Positions 30,202 through 44,014 are shown, counted from the first letter of the stretch. The stretch: 64,000 nucleotides of DNA from Octopus vulgaris (GCA_951406725.2 OX597832.1:9672001-9736000); one strand, 5' to 3'. Notes: generated by a model from the letters alone, not told the origin. A program made the numbers and translations.

Positions 30202-32468
30202 TATTCCTGACGGAATATACCTATAGTTTTTTTTAACAGACAGCAGCATATTCCCTAATGAACAGAAAGGATGTAAACGTGGATCCTACGGCTGTAAAGA
30301 CCAACTACTCATCAATAAGATGATCTTAGAAGATTGTCACAAACGACACAAAAACTTATCAATAGCCTGGATAGACTATAAAAAGGCTTTTGATAGCCTA
30401 CCACATAGCTGGATTAGAAAATGCCTTGAAATGTATAAGATAGCACCAACTCTGCGAAACTTCTTGACTGTAAGTATGAGATCATGGAGAACCACACTAA
30501 CTCTGAACAGTGACAGTGAATTCCTAAATGCTGGTGATGTAAAAATTTCGTGTGGCATTTTCCAGGGTGACTCACTGTCACCACTCCTCTTTTGTTTATC
30601 CTTAATACCTCTCTCAAAGCTGCTCAATGACGCGCAGTACGGGTATAAAATGTTTGATAAAAATATAAATCATCTCGTCTACATGGATGATTTAAAGCTT
30701 TTTGCAAAAAATGATCAACAACTCAAGGGCTTACTAGCGATAGTCAAACAATTCAGTGACGACATCAGAATGCAATTCGGCCTCGATAAATGTGCAAAGG
30801 CTACCTTTATCAAAGGAAAAATGACAGAAACATCTAACGTTAACCTTGACCAACAGAATGTCATAAAAGAACTAGACCCAGCGGAGAGCTACAAGTACCT
30901 AGGGATAATTGAAGGGAACGGAATAAGGCATTCAGAGATGAAGGAAAGGATCAGGAGAGAATGCTATCGAAGAGTGCGAGCAATACTCAAGACAGAGCTG
31001 AATGCAAGAAACAGGATCGAAGCAATCAATGCATTAGCTATACCAGTCGTGACTTACAGTTTCAATATTGTTAACTGGTCAATTACTGAAATATGTCAGC
31101 TCGACAGAAAAATAAGGAAACTGTTGACAATGCATAGAATGCACCACCCTAAGGCAGATACAGAACGACTCTATCTGCCAAGAAAAGAGGGAGGCCGTGG
31201 TCTTTTGCAACTGGCAATAACAATGAAGATTGCTACAATTGGCCTAGACACCTACCTGAAAAACTCTGAGGACTGGATGCTAAAACTTGTCTCAAAACAT
31301 GAAAACAAGAAAGCATCATACTCAGTCACAAAACAGGCAAAGGAATATCTAAGTGAATTCCGAATACAACCAATTTCGGAGATAGATATACAAGAAACAA
31401 GCACAGAAAAAGCTAGGCGCATGAAAACCCGTGCCAAAACTGCGGCCTTAGATATTCTGAATAATAAATGGCAAGAAAAACCTCTCTATGGCAAATACCC
31501 AAAGAGAGCGAATAATGCAGATATCGACAAAGCCCTGACCCATCAATGGCTAATGGCCTCTGGCTTGAAATCTGAAACAGAGGGGTTTATCATAGCAGCT
31601 CAAGATCAATGCCTACCAACAAGAAACTACCAGGCCAACATATTAAAGATCAGAAGCAGTCCAACGTGTCGTGTATGCAAGCAACAAAATGAAACCATTG
31701 ACCATGTGGTCTCCAAGTGCAGTCTTCTAGCGCCTACAGAGTATCTCAACAGGCACGATAGAGCTGCACAATATATTCACTGGGTAATCTGTAAAAACCT
31801 GGATTTGCCCCATGAAAAAAACTGGTGGGAACACAAACCACCCCCAGTGCTTGAAAATGACCACATCTCACTCCTCTGGAACTTCACCATTCAAACTGAC
31901 AGGAAGATAGATGCAAATAGGCCAGACATCATATTGAAAAACTTCAAACAAAGAACATGCCTCCTCATTGATATGACTGTCCCAATCGATATAAACGTAT
32001 CTGTCAAGACCTACCAAAAACTGAGCAAATATAAAGATCTTGAAATAGAAATCAGCAAAATGTGGAAGCTGAAGACTAAAACAATACCTGTTGTCATAGG
32101 TGCCCTGGGAATGATAGCAAAAGGGGCTGATAGCTACCTAACTCAGATACCAGGAAACCCAAAAATGGCAGAAGTTCAAAAGATAGTGCTCATGGGAACT
32201 GCTCATATCCTACGCAAAATACTCTCTATGTAATCTCAAGGTTCAAAACAAACATAATTTTCGGTTTAAAAAAAAAAAACCAAAAAAAAAAACCTTTTTT
32301 TTTATTTTTTATTTTTAGACATTCATTAGTACAACATCCCCACCCCCCAAATATATGGCACACTAGGCATAACAACAACATGAACTTCCAACCCTGTTGT
32401 CTCTTGAGGTCTCTGGGTGAGACTTGGAGCCAACTTGTACAAATATAAAGCAAAAGTCAAACATAGAA
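30201..32468 (+). mobile_element. 5'-truncated young R4/Dong-clade RLE non-LTR retrotransposon (family C) in (TAA)n
   Basis: Starts immediately after (TAA)n 30135-30200 and ends ...AAACATAGAA followed by (TAA)n; about 235-bp 3' UTR. Dong elements are known to target TAA repeats. Confidence 0.9.
30320..32233 (+). CDS. Reverse transcriptase + CCHC zinc knuckle + restriction-like endonuclease (5'-truncated ORF)
   Basis: [73 protein letters not shown]. The frame is open from about 30227 ([17 protein letters not shown]) and is broken upstream at a T8 run. Confidence 0.95.
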   Translation: MILEDCHKRHKNLSIAWIDYKKAFDSLPHSWIRKCLEMYKIAPTLRNFLTVSMRSWRTTLTLNSDSEFLNAGDVKISCGIFQGDSLSPLLFCLSLIPLSKLLNDAQYGYKMFDKNINHLVYMDDLKLFAKNDQQLKGLLAIVKQFSDDIRMQFGLDKCAKATFIKGKMTETSNVNLDQQNVIKELDPAESYKYLGIIEGNGIRHSEMKERIRRECYRRVRAILKTELNARNRIEAINALAIPVVTYSFNIVNWSITEICQLDRKIRKLLTMHRMHHPKADTERLYLPRKEGGRGLLQLAITMKIATIGLDTYLKNSEDWMLKLVSKHENKKASYSVTKQAKEYLSEFRIQPISEIDIQETSTEKARRMKTRAKTAALDILNNKWQEKPLYGKYPKRANNADIDKALTHQWLMASGLKSETEGFIIAAQDQCLPTRNYQANILKIRSSPTCRVCKQQNETIDHVVSKCSLLAPTEYLNRHDRAAQYIHWVICKNLDLPHEKNWWEHKPPPVLENDHISLLWNFTIQTDRKIDANRPDIILKNFKQRTCLLIDMTVPIDINVSVKTYQKLSKYKDLEIEISKMWKLKTKTIPVVIGALGMIAKGADSYLTQIPGNPKMAEVQKIVLMGTAHILRKILSM

Positions 32469-32488
32469 TAATAATAATAATAATAATA

Positions 32489-32585
32489 AAAAGAAGAAAA
32501 AGAAGAAGAAGGAGGAGAAGAAGAAGAAGAAGGAGAAGAAAAAGAAGAAGGAGAAGTAAAAGAAGAAGAAGGAGAAGAAGAAGAA
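32489..32585. repeat. (GAA/GGA)n purine tract
   Basis: Read directly. Confidence 0.9.
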
Positions 32586-33097
32586 TTTTGACGAAAATAT
32601 AGCACTTTAGATGACAGCGTTTTTCGGTGTCATTCTTACCATCACTTATCTTTCTAATATTGTTTCGATCTGAACAAGTTCAGACGCTAATTACGAAAAC
32701 ATGGAAATTGTACAAATGTTCAAGAAATACTAAACGATATTCTTCTCGGAAGTCTAGATTCTAACATAAAATCCTACGGAAATTAAACTTTTTTCATGTT
32801 TTTGGATTCGAGATATTAATGGGCAATTGTGTTTCAAAAAATTACCTAACTACTCACTAGACATTTGTCGCTGTGCAAATGAAATGCTAGCAATAATAAT
32901 TTTTTCTACTATTAACATAATGGAAATAACCATAATGGAAATAACCATATTTCAATTCAACTGAAACTACTTACCGCTATTGGTAATTATTTACTTATAA
33001 TATTAGAGTCTACAAAATGATTTATAAAATAGTTTGCATACGAAATATGCTTTCTAAATAACTGTAAATAATGATGAAATTTATAATTTATATACAA

Positions 33098-33489
33098 CTA
33101 GCAGTACCGCCCGGCGTTGCTCGACTTTGTAAGGGAAATAACTATATAAGCATTTTTAGGGATGTAAAGTATAATAGCCATTTCAATATGGCTAACCACA
33201 AAGGGGGTGTTACTGTAGCCGTTTACGTTCTGAGATTTAATAATACATTTTTAGAGAGTTACTTCCCTTATATAATAGCAAAGAAATGCATTAAAAATGG
33301 GAAAGAATGATGGTATTTTTTTTTTAATCGTAGACTCATCGTAGACGCGCGCTTATACCCAGATGGGCTCGATATGAATCATGACTATAAGATACCCGCT
33401 TTTGGTTACACTGCACCGCAAAATGTGGGAATAGTTAGGAATCTAAATCATAGGAGACAGACACACAACTTCACTTTTATATATAAAGA
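33098..33489 (-). mobile_element. Non-autonomous Helitron (same family as 12488-13104)
   Basis: CTAGCAGTACCGCCCGGCGTTGCTCG left end and ...TTTTATATATAAAGA|T right end; strong similarity to the 12.5-13.1 kb copy. Confidence 0.9.
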
Positions 33490-34750
33490 TTTCTTAACAA
33501 GCTCACTGGCTAATCGCGACACCAACGCCTGTTCTGGCAATGTTATTCTATATATCTCTGCTGGGGAGAAGAATCGCTGCCGCGGTTAACGTTTTAGCGT
33601 CCATGTTTTACAACACGGGGAAAAGTCGAAATCACGTGATCTGATGGCCTAGTTCCTGGAGGTTATGAGTGTTTATATCCTCACTAGAGATAAAAACAAG
33701 AATGCATTTTGCACGAAAAGCCAATATGAGAATTTCTCTCGTGCTAACCAATGCAATATAGTTTGCTCTAGCAGAATATCCACGTTTAAGTGAGGAAATA
33801 TATAATGTAAAAACAGTATAAACATAACAATGCGAAACTATTCTGCTGAATAGACGACTAAAAACAAATAAAAGAAAGAAGATACAAGTATTTTAAAGGT
33901 ATTATTTACTTATATGTAACTAGCGATCAGCAATATAAACCTAACTTGTAATGTCTCAATACTGAATTACTTAGTCATAAATTTCTAAGTTAGCGGCACA
34001 TACAACAATCTTGCATATTGTTCAGAAGTAGTGTCTGCAGACAGAGGAATACCAATCCCATACCGACAGCAACCACAAAAATAGAATAAATATAAAAATA
34101 AAGGCTTCTATATGCCAAGGAATTCTAATATACCAAAATATCCACTTGCATAAAACATTAAAAAGATATTAAATAGGCACGAACAATGACATGTGTAAGG
34201 TGGGCACTGAATGAGAAATTGAGAAGAAAATAATGGCTTTTAAGAAGATAAACTCATCCACATACAGAAAATACTCATTGAAATGAGGAGACGATTGATC
34301 TAATTTAACACGATGTATGTGTACAAATTATTCAAAGCATCATATTGAAATTAGCCACACAAAAGCCGAGAAAATCTGCCAAAAAAGATAGAAACAAAAT
34401 AGAAAACAATTAAAAGAATAATTAATTGGTTGAAATGACAAAAATGATAGAGAATTCACCGTAAACTAAGAAGAATTGATTAGCAGCAAACTGAAGATAA
34501 GTGTACAGAAAAATATTTTGAATTTAATCCGATGATGTCTGGCAAAAAATATCACTTGGAAGGTATTCTCAAATACAATGAATTATAAACATTAAAAAAA
34601 TTCAAAACATCTAGTACCATAATGGGAGATATTAAGTAGACATGATACAACAAAAATATCAATAATATATATATTCATATTATTCATTATTCATATTTTT
34701 GTTGTACACTGCTTTCTTAATATCTCCCATTTTGACATGCACCATCGAAT

Positions 34751-34791
<41 letters not shown>

Positions 34792-35789
34792 AGAATAATC
34801 CAGAAATAAACAAAACTATAGCTCCAAAAATGATTTCCGTTAATGAGTGCTGGAACCCACTCACCTGTATATAGTAGTGCTTATCCTCTGGATTAATGAA
34901 AATATAAGGAGGTTACAAATAATACGACGAACCATCAGACTGAACAAAACATCAGTTTCAAATAGTAAAGTTAAAAACATCATATATAGAATTTTAAAGT
35001 GGGGGAAATCGTGTACCACACATGTAGTGGTAGATACTGTAATAGTGGAAGAACGATAAACGGTCATATTAGGCAATTAACCGGTAACAATTTAGGAAGA
35101 AGTGCTTGGAGAACACTAGGACTTGGCAACTTCTATAATTTCTAACAAACTGGCGATTATTTCAGGTAATTACGTAGGAGATTTCATAATTTGAAATCTG
35201 CGACATAATATGTGAGTGGTGTCTGGATGGACTATGACTATTATTCACGCAAAACAAGTAGAAAAATAATCTGTAAATACGTGTTAAGCCTTAACATGTT
35301 TTCAAATATATAGAAACTTCAAAAGCCTTGCACAGAATGGTAGAGAAGAAATACAATATTAGATGGACAGGTTTGTAGATAATCAGAATTATATTGGGCG
35401 CAATAATTATGATGATGACGACGACCACGATGACGATGACGACGATGACAAAGACGATTACGACAAAAGAAATCCCGTTGTTTATCAAAACTTTATTTAT
35501 GATTTTGATTATTGTAGTTATAATCATGTTTCCTGTCCCTGTTAATTCCGTAGTAAATCACAATTATTTAAAAGATTAAATTTTAAGTTTATGGCCACAT
35601 ATGAACATAAAAATCTATGCATTCATTTGGCAAATAGTATTCTTAAATTGGAACAATGAAGACATAGTTACGTTTGAAGTGGATATATCAGAACACAGAA
35701 AATAACCTACAGTGTAAACTTATTTTAATAGTTAAATAAGAAAACTTTTTCCAAATTGTTTAGAGAAGAAAATATTTGTCGATAACTTG

Positions 35790-36530
35790 GCCCGATCAAA
35801 TTAGGTCTAGTGGTGTCAGGCGTAACCACAATTGAATGCCACCATTTTCTTAACTTTATTTAGAAAGGGATCTACAGCCTCATGTCATTCCTCTCCCAAC
35901 TAAGAGAAAAGTCCTCTTTTTCTTCAGCCCAAATTGTCTTCAAATATTAGTTATCAGGCTCAGCAAATGTATGCTCTTAGAATCATGTATCATTATTTAG
36001 ATTTCTTTTAATAAGTAGCAGAAGCTTGGGAGTTAAGCCACGGTAGAGTTGAACCACAGGAAGAGTCGAGCCACAACGAGTTTGTTTCTCATGCTCAGAT
36101 ACGTGGTCTTACTGATCAATATATTATCTCTGGGTTCCAGCGAACGGAAATTTATCCCTTTTACCAAGATGTGTTCTCTGAGACTGTGTTTTTACCTGCA
36201 GTAGTAACGGATCGAGACCTTCCAGCATCATCTTATGAAAACCAAGCAGATATTCTCCAGTCAAATTTTAAAGAAACATCAGTTTCTTATTCAGTGACAG
36301 AGTCACCCAGCATTTCACAGGAACCATCAACATCCACCGAAACTGCTACTCCGAATGCTGGACGAAGTGGAGTTCTCAATGCTTTAAAATAATGCACAAA
36401 TCATTTATATGTATTTATGTAAGTGTTTCATCTTAGCGCACAATCAATTAAGATATCACTTATATCTAGTCCCCCTTGTCACAAATTTCCCCTATACATG
36501 TCCCAACTATCACCACCCACTGGGACTGTT
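35790..36530 (+). pseudogene. pogo/Fot1-like DDE transposase relic
   Basis: IISGFQRTEIYPFYQDVFSETVFLPAVVTDRDLP resembles the pogo C-terminal NI.SGF..TGI.P.N..F....F.P..VTDR; putative end GTCCCAACTATCACCACCC. Confidence 0.65.
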
Positions 36531-39093
36531 GGGTCAAATCATTACTCGTAAAAGGTGTCATCTCGTTGTTTCAGATTACAACCATTTGAAACTAATATAT
36601 ACGTCAAAAGTCCATGAATGTTACAAGTTGGTAAAGAGTCCGTATCATATTGAAATGTAAAAATTCACCCAAGCCTCTCAAGCTTCCCCTTCTGCAGTTT
36701 ACATTCTTTCTTTTCTTCGAAATTCAGGCGACGAAACGGAAAAACTGTTCAATCGCTGGACAGAGTGATCAGGTAATTAGGGGCGTTTACCTTCAGAGTT
36801 CAAATTGCCTCGATAACAACTTTGTCTTACATCCTTTCAAAGGCAATAATATAAGTTCACATTCATCGCCGGGGTTCCATATCATCGACAAGTTCCACCC
36901 TTCAAAAACCTTCATCTCTGCCAAATTTTGAATTCCTTATTTCCTTCTAAGTCGTCGATGTTTTTTCCAGAGAAGCAGTATCTAATTTGTGTGTTTTATG
37001 GGGATCGATACAGCTGTTGATTAATAATTTATACTATTTTAACAGTTCATATTTTCTCTGATTTAGGTTAAATCTGTTCTTCCCTTGCCGTTCGATATAA
37101 TACTGTGTATGTGTAATATTGAAATTTTTATAAAAGTTATAGGTGGGAGAATTGTAACATTTTCGTATGGGATTGGAATTAAATATTTTATATTACAGAA
37201 GGTTGTCCGATATGTCAAGTTTTTGGAACTGGAATCAAGAAAGAAGGATGTATATTCTGCTGTTGTAAAACCTATTGTATTGTTTGTCTTACAATTCGCC
37301 ACTTTTAATCATTGCATAAATTTTACGCTTTCTTCAAAATTGTTTAAACAAAACTCCTCCCATGATGTTAGTCTTCTAAAGTGAAGTAAATCTGTCTCTA
37401 ACCACCAATATTAATTATTTTGCTTTGCATTCATTGAATCGATTAACGCAATCCCAACACTTTAGTAAGTGTGCAATTGTAAGTAGACTTCATAACATAC
37501 AATAGTGTATCATTTACTGCTTTTTGCGAGAGAAATGAAAAGTGTAACGGCTATTGGGAGGTAACTGCAGATTTACCTGGGTGCCAGGTTTTCTTTCCCA
37601 TCCCAATTACGAAAAAACCAGATATTTTGATGTGGTGTGAAAGAAAGAAAGTTGTAAATATAGTCGAGCAAACGGTTCCTCATGAAGATAATATGGACGC
37701 CGCTCGGGCTCGAAAATTGAACCGTTATGTAAACCTCCTATTGTGATACTAATAAATAATTTGAATATTTTATATTTTCAGGATCTCATGTTCACAACAT
37801 CTCCATGAAAAATCGTTTCCGCTTTAAGTTCATGAAAATGTGTTTTAATTTAGAATATGAAACCATTTATGTAATATGTCTGATTTGCATGTCAAATATT
37901 TCAATGCATTTTGATTGTATGTTTAAGAAATTAAGCTATGTTCAATATTTAAGCTGTGAAAATTTTGCTGTTTCATATTTTGAAGCATTTCACTTTAATT
38001 TAATTGTAATAATGTTTATACTTATATATTTCAGGTAACTGTGGCTGCAAATTATCTTCATGGTATATATTTTGTTTTCTCATTTAAAAAATACAAAAAA
38101 ACCGCAAAACTTTGATTTGAGACCAGAACACGAATGTGGGAAATTATCGTAAGCAATCAATATTATGAGTCTGAAATTTGAGAAAATGATTCCTTATTTA
38201 CAGAAATGTAATATATAAACGCACTTGAAACATGAATTCCTCCAGCAAAAACGAACTAAATTAATGATAAAATATGTGTGTGAATGAGTGAGAAATTAAA
38301 AAAAAATATGACAACGTGTAAATTCATTTTGTAATCTCAAAAAGAAACATGTTTAAAAAGAAGACGGAAGCTAAAAATAATTTTCCAAGAATTCATATTG
38401 CTTTCCTTTATTTTTGAGGATGTGAATCTAAAGTGTCGAAATTTTTAAAACCCAGAAGATGTTTGATATCTTAAATCCTTAGAAAATGTTCTTTCTTTTA
38501 AAGTGAAGATAGTTAAGAAATCCTGTTTCAAAGAACGAAAATTATTCGTTATATTTTCTCATTTATTTTACTTGTTAGAAAATCAATATTAAACCTTGGC
38601 TTAAAAAGTAAATTAATAAAAACAAACGCTAAAATTCACATCTATTTATTGCTTGAGGCACATTTTATGTTTACAAAAGTTAATGCATTCTCGGGGCTCG
38701 TAGAAAAGTTAACGCGTTCTTCGATTATTGTCATTTTGCCAAACGTTAATCATGTTTAATATTGACAACAGTTCGATCTCAAATGGCATCATAGCGGAAT
38801 TTTTCTTATTATATTAGGGTGGAAAACAGCATAATTACGAGGGTTTAGGTAATTGATTATGTAATCACGCAAGTATTCCTGGAATGGACAAAAGTATTTG
38901 ACACAAGTGAACATATAACATGCCTGTAGATGTATATGTAATGCACGTGGCTGCATACTTCAAGGACGAAATAGCAAATCGCGCTTCACGAAAAATTGGT
39001 TCAAGAATATGTATTTGTGAAGATTTATTAGATAATAATTTTGCATCTAAGGAAAGATTCTTTCATATGTATTTATCTATAAATCTATCCACT

Positions 39094-39247
<154 letters not shown>

Positions 39248-39559
39248 CATACATACATATATAAATATATATATACATATATATGTATATAAGTTAGTAA
39301 ATGGTGTGGTTGTGTTAACCGCATGTGGAGAAATGATAGAAGAGGAAAATTATAATAAGGCAGACTGCTAAATTGAAAGTAAATTTTAATATAAATGGGT
39401 GTATGAAAAATTAAAAAAGAAAAAAATAATAAATCAAAACGGCCTTCAGTGCAAGGCAAAGTTTCAAGATTTGGAAGAGGATTTTTTCTTTCAATTTAGG
39501 AAAGGAAAAAAAGAAATTTACAATGTTTTTTTCAAAAAAATAATAATGCATATATACAA

Positions 39560-41950
39560 AAATTAATAAATAAGCATACCAATATAATTTAGAGTCGTTA
39601 TGCTTTTAGAGTTCAATAATAGTACTTGGAAAAACATCTTTGGAGGATTAGGATGCATGTGTTTAAATGTTGTGTATATTTTGAAAGAGTGTGGGTAATT
39701 GTGTGTCAAAACAGGAAATGGGATAGGGATTATCCAGTTCCCGTGAGTAAGGGGATATTTTTCTATGGATTTTATGCTCTTTAATTGGAATGATGTGTTT
39801 TCTGTCAAACAGGATGCTTAGATCAATTTTTTGTCAGATAGGATGCAAGAAAAAGGAGTATGGTCACCTTGGAGTTTGCATATTAAGACGCGTTTGGAAT
39901 TTTTTTATAAAAGATTCTCCTTGATTCTTTCTTGTGAAGAGATTCTGTCTTTACCTTGGTAGAAAGGGAATATGTGAAATTTGGGATTTTTATCTCTAGC
40001 GCAAGATTCTATGTGGCTATAGAGTGAAATTTGACGGCATAGTGGGAAATTTATGTATTCTTTATGGACTGCTACTCTTCTGCGTAAAGAAGGTTTGTTT
40101 GTCAAACATAATTGTGTTCGCAACCGACGCATGTGAGAACGTAGATGAGGTTCTCGGAGGAACAGGAGAAGTTGGTCTTCATTTTAAGCTTTGCTCCTTG
40201 TTTTAAAGTAGATTCAGAGCCTTCATGTAGGAAGGGGCAGTTACCACAGCTAGGACATGCACATTTTGGGTGGATGTGGTGTGTGAAGTTTGGCATTTGT
40301 TAAGAGATTTTTCAAAGATTTATGTTGCTTTTGCATTTAAAGATTTTATGTGTATTGATAATATTATTCATTTTTGGGTCTGTGGACAGTAAGGGGAGGT
40401 TTTGTATGATTGTGGTGGATGATTCGATGGCTTTGGGGGTGTAGGTGGAAATGTATGGAAGTATTTTCAGGTTGGATGTGTTCATGTATTGGGTGGTTTT
40501 GAGAGTATTATTGTCTAGTTCTTTGTCACGTTTTATTCCATGGTGTATGAGTGTGGATGGATATTTGCGTTGTAATCGTGTTTTTTGAGGTCATGAAGGC
40601 GTATTTCTCGAGATTTTGGATCCGAGACAATGGTGCATACTCTTTTAAGTAAGTTGAAAAGGATATTTATCTTGGTGTGTTTTGGGAGGCATGAATTAAA
40701 GAGGAGGTTTGGTGTAAGTCTGTAGGTTTGTGCTAGATGTCTGTTGTGATTTGGTTGCTAGGTGTTTTTATAATTAGGAGATCAAGGAAAGGGAGATGAT
40801 GTTTGCTGAATTCCATAGTGAATTGAATGTTGGGTTGTATGTTTTCAAGTAGGGTTTTGAATCCCAGAAGTTTTTCATAAGATTCTTTCCATATGATGAA
40901 ACTATCATGTAGGTACCTTTCCCAGTTTACCATTAAGTAGATGTGGAAAAGTTGTCCAAATTTCTGACGGAATATGTCATAGAGTGATAGTTCGGAGAAA
41001 ACCATTATGAGGTTCGCAAGGACTGGTGCAGCTTTGGTACCCATCGAGGTACCACATTTTTGAGAGTAGTGTGTGTTTTCGAAGAGGAAATAATCGTTTG
41101 TTAAAATGAAATTAAGTGATTCCGTAATGAAGGTCTTATTAATGCGGTTAGGAAACGCTTCTGAGTGTTTCTCCAGCCCGAAATCAATTGCCTCAATACC
41201 ATATTCATGTGGGATGTTGATATAGAGGTTGATAACATCAAAGGACAACATGAATGCCTCCTCGCTGGTTGTTTTCGGGAGGTGCTTAAGCATGTCAAGA
41301 TCATCTCTAATGAAACTTTTGATGTGACTAAGGAAAGGTTTCAAAAGGATGTCCAGGAAATTGCTCAAGCGGTGTGTTTCGCAGGAGGTGCCAGCTATGA
41401 TGGGCCTTAGTTTTAGGTCCTCCGGTGTCTTGATGTTGATGCGGATGTCAGAGGAGAGTTTGCAGGCTTCGGTGACGGATTTCTTTTTATGGACATTAGG
41501 AAGGCCATAAAAGAGGCTGAGCTTGCATTTGAAATTGGTGATATAATCCTTTTCTTTTTTCCTGAGCCCTTGACCGTGTTGGAGTATGAGGGTAGTGATG
41601 TTTTTAGGTGTTTCTTGTTGTTTATAGTTGGTGTTTTATTCATAGAAAGTGTTGTCATTTAGCAAGGAAAGTACTAGGTGTTTATAAAAATCTATATTCA
41701 TAAGGAACACAATACTAACTTTGTCGGCTTCTTTAATAGTAAGGCTTATGTCCTGTTGTGGGTCTCATAGGTTTTTTCCATTCATCCCTATCAAAGTTGG
41801 ACTTAACCTTGGGTTTGTATGGGGTAAAGGGAAGACTCTGGATGTGGTTGCAAAAATAGTCCAGTGTTTTATTTCTTCCTTTTGATGGTAGGTAGTTACT
41901 GTTCTTTTATTTGATATATAGTTCTATGTCCTGAGAACAGGACAGTTAGA
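39560..41950 (-). mobile_element. Decayed Penelope-like retroelement (Neptune-type): RT + Cys linker + GIY-YIG endonuclease
   Basis: IKEADK, LRPIIAG, LSFDVINLYINIP, GTSMGTKAAPVLANL, WERYLHDSFIIW (the YxDD position), IQFTME..LPFLD, CACPSCGNCPF, NFSCSSENLIYVLTCVGC..NYV, LRRRVAVHK; many stops and frameshifts. Confidence 0.9.
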
Positions 41951-42362
41951 ACAAAACAGTACAGACAAACAGTGAGGGCTTTTAAGCCAAGACGTTATTA
42001 AGAATATTATGAACGCGAGGAAGACGAGCTTATGAAGGAGACAGTATAAGCATTTTTTTTTCTTTACGAAGGATGTAGGCAGAAAGTTTATCTTTCGTCA
42101 TGTGTCAGCGATGAGAGAGCCGAGGAGGAGGAGTGAGAGAGAGGGATTAGGGCAGAGGAGAGGAGAAAAATAGGGAAGGGTGGGAGAGAAAACCAGAAAG
42201 GATGAAGAACAGGAGAGGAGGGTGAGAGATAGACGGGGAAGCGATAGTAAAGCTAGAAGAGTGTGCATCGTAATTATTAAGTTAAAACTAACTTATGTGT
42301 GTGTGTGTGTGTGTATATATATATACATATACATGTACATACATATATATGTATATATATAA

Positions 42363-42393
<31 letters not shown>

Positions 42394-42608
42394 TATTATG
42401 TGAAATAGAAAGATGAATAATCTTGTAGTAGATTAATCAAAAGTTTAACCGATACCTTAGTAGCAAAAATCACAGCAGTAAAACAGCACGGCTGGAGGTA
42501 CAACCATATGGTGTTGCAACCGTGCGTTGGTGCGGATAATTGAAATTAGAACATTATTGGTGAATTGAAGAAATGGAGCTGAACGCAGATTGAACAGAAA
42601 TCGTTTTA

Positions 42609-42698
42609 TTTCATTCTACACGTGTTTCGAAAGGCACAAATTACCAAAATCCGATGGAATAATGGGACCATATTGTGTCTTTCTCTTCAGGAAGAAAA
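42609..42698 (-). ncRNA. Type I minimal hammerhead ribozyme (left arm, mirror copy)
   Basis: Reverse-complement copy of the 42876-42965 motif. Confidence 0.8.
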
Positions 42699-42875
42699 TA
42701 GGAAATCCGTTGGAAAAAACAAAAACAGAACAGAGGCGGAGCAAAAACAAATCGAACTATACTCCTAAGAGCCCATGGCGAAACTCAGAGTTTCGCCATG
42801 GGCTCTTAGGAGCATAGTTCGATTTGTTTTTGCTCCGCCTCTGTTCTGTTTTTGTTTTTTCCAACGGATTTCCTA

Positions 42876-42965
42876 TTTTCTTCCTGAAGAGAAAGACACA
42901 ATATGGTCCCATTATTCCATCGGATTTTGGTAATTTGTGCCTTTCGAAACACGTGTAGAATGAAA
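42876..42965 (+). ncRNA. Type I minimal hammerhead ribozyme (right arm)
   Basis: Stem I TTC/GAA; CTGAAGA 42884-42890; stem II GAAAGACACAA/TTGTGCCTTTC (10 of 11 pairs); GAAA 42946-42949; stem III C-ACGT-G with a palindromic loop; GTA cleavage triplet ending at 42957. Confidence 0.8.
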
Positions 42966-43019
42966 TAAAACGATTTCTGTTCAATCTGCGTTCAGCTCCA
43001 TTTCTTCAATTCACCAATA

Positions 43020-43079
<60 letters not shown>

Positions 43080-43112
43080 TCATATATATACATATATATA
43101 CATATGTATATA

Positions 43113-43182
<70 letters not shown>

Positions 43183-43334
43183 CAAGTTTGTTTTTGAAGC
43201 ATTGAAATATATCGTAGAACAAATAGAAAGATATATTTTGCAACGCGTAAATACTTACAGAACAGTATCTATAGAATAAAACCCTTTCAGAGCAGAAAAA
43301 TTTGTCGACAACCGTATATATGTATACTTCGATT

Positions 43335-43590
43335 TTACAGAAAAAAAAAAGGCAAAGACAGTTGAAAAAAACAACAAGCGTGTGTATTAGGGAATTGTAA
43401 GTTTGTGATGTTTCGATCCTGCGCTATTCCACGGAACGTGTAAAGACGAAAATATAACGGAAAGAGAACGAAAAAATTAAGACGGATATAGTAATGAATG
43501 TGTTGGCAAAGTTTCAACCTGATGAAATGGCTGGAAAAAGGAGGCTGAGTGAAAGTGTGATAACAAAGGGGACCCAGACGAACCAGGTGC
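43335..43590 (-). mobile_element. Decayed Penelope-type 3' end/pLTR
   Basis: Minus strand has CCGTGGAATAGCGCAGGATCGAAACATC, resembling the 14.7 kb HHR-like motif, and a similar CAAAGAC...AACAA..TGTATTAG terminus. Confidence 0.45.
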
Positions 43591-43983
43591 CGCAAGCGTG
43601 TGTGTGTGTGTATGTGTGTGTATATGTGTATATATCTGAGGTCATTAAGTGTGTGTATATGTCTGTTTGCCTTCGTATGTCCGTGTGCAAACGCTTGTGT
43701 TTAGCAGTTGATGTGCGCTTGTTCGTGTGGTGTGTTCCCGTGTGAAAAAGTGTGTCTGTGACCCTATACTATGCATGTTTATAGTCTATACACAGTATTC
43801 TCACTTTTAAGGGGGAATACTGTGTGTTGTAGGGAAAGGCACTGAAGTGTGGGACAGGATTGAGTAGAGAGGAGTTAAGTAAAGGCTGAAGGAGATGGGG
43901 TTGGTAGATATTTGCTGCTGGTGTGTGTGGAGTGGAAATGAGTGTACTAATGCATGCGAGTGTGTGTTGCTGTAGGAGTATGC

Positions 43984-44014
<31 letters not shown>

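Larger units (their letters stand above)
42553..43021. repeat. 469-bp near-perfect palindrome (two head-to-head Penelope-type pLTR copies)
   Basis: 234-bp arms about A42787 (AAACTC-A-GAGTTT), with one mismatch seen. The mirror ORFs 42590..42817+ and 42757..42984- are almost identical. Confidence 0.97.

Noticed and set aside
42590-42984. Twin 75-aa ORFs on opposite strands
   Set aside because: A by-product of the palindrome; TTG starts and no protein motif.
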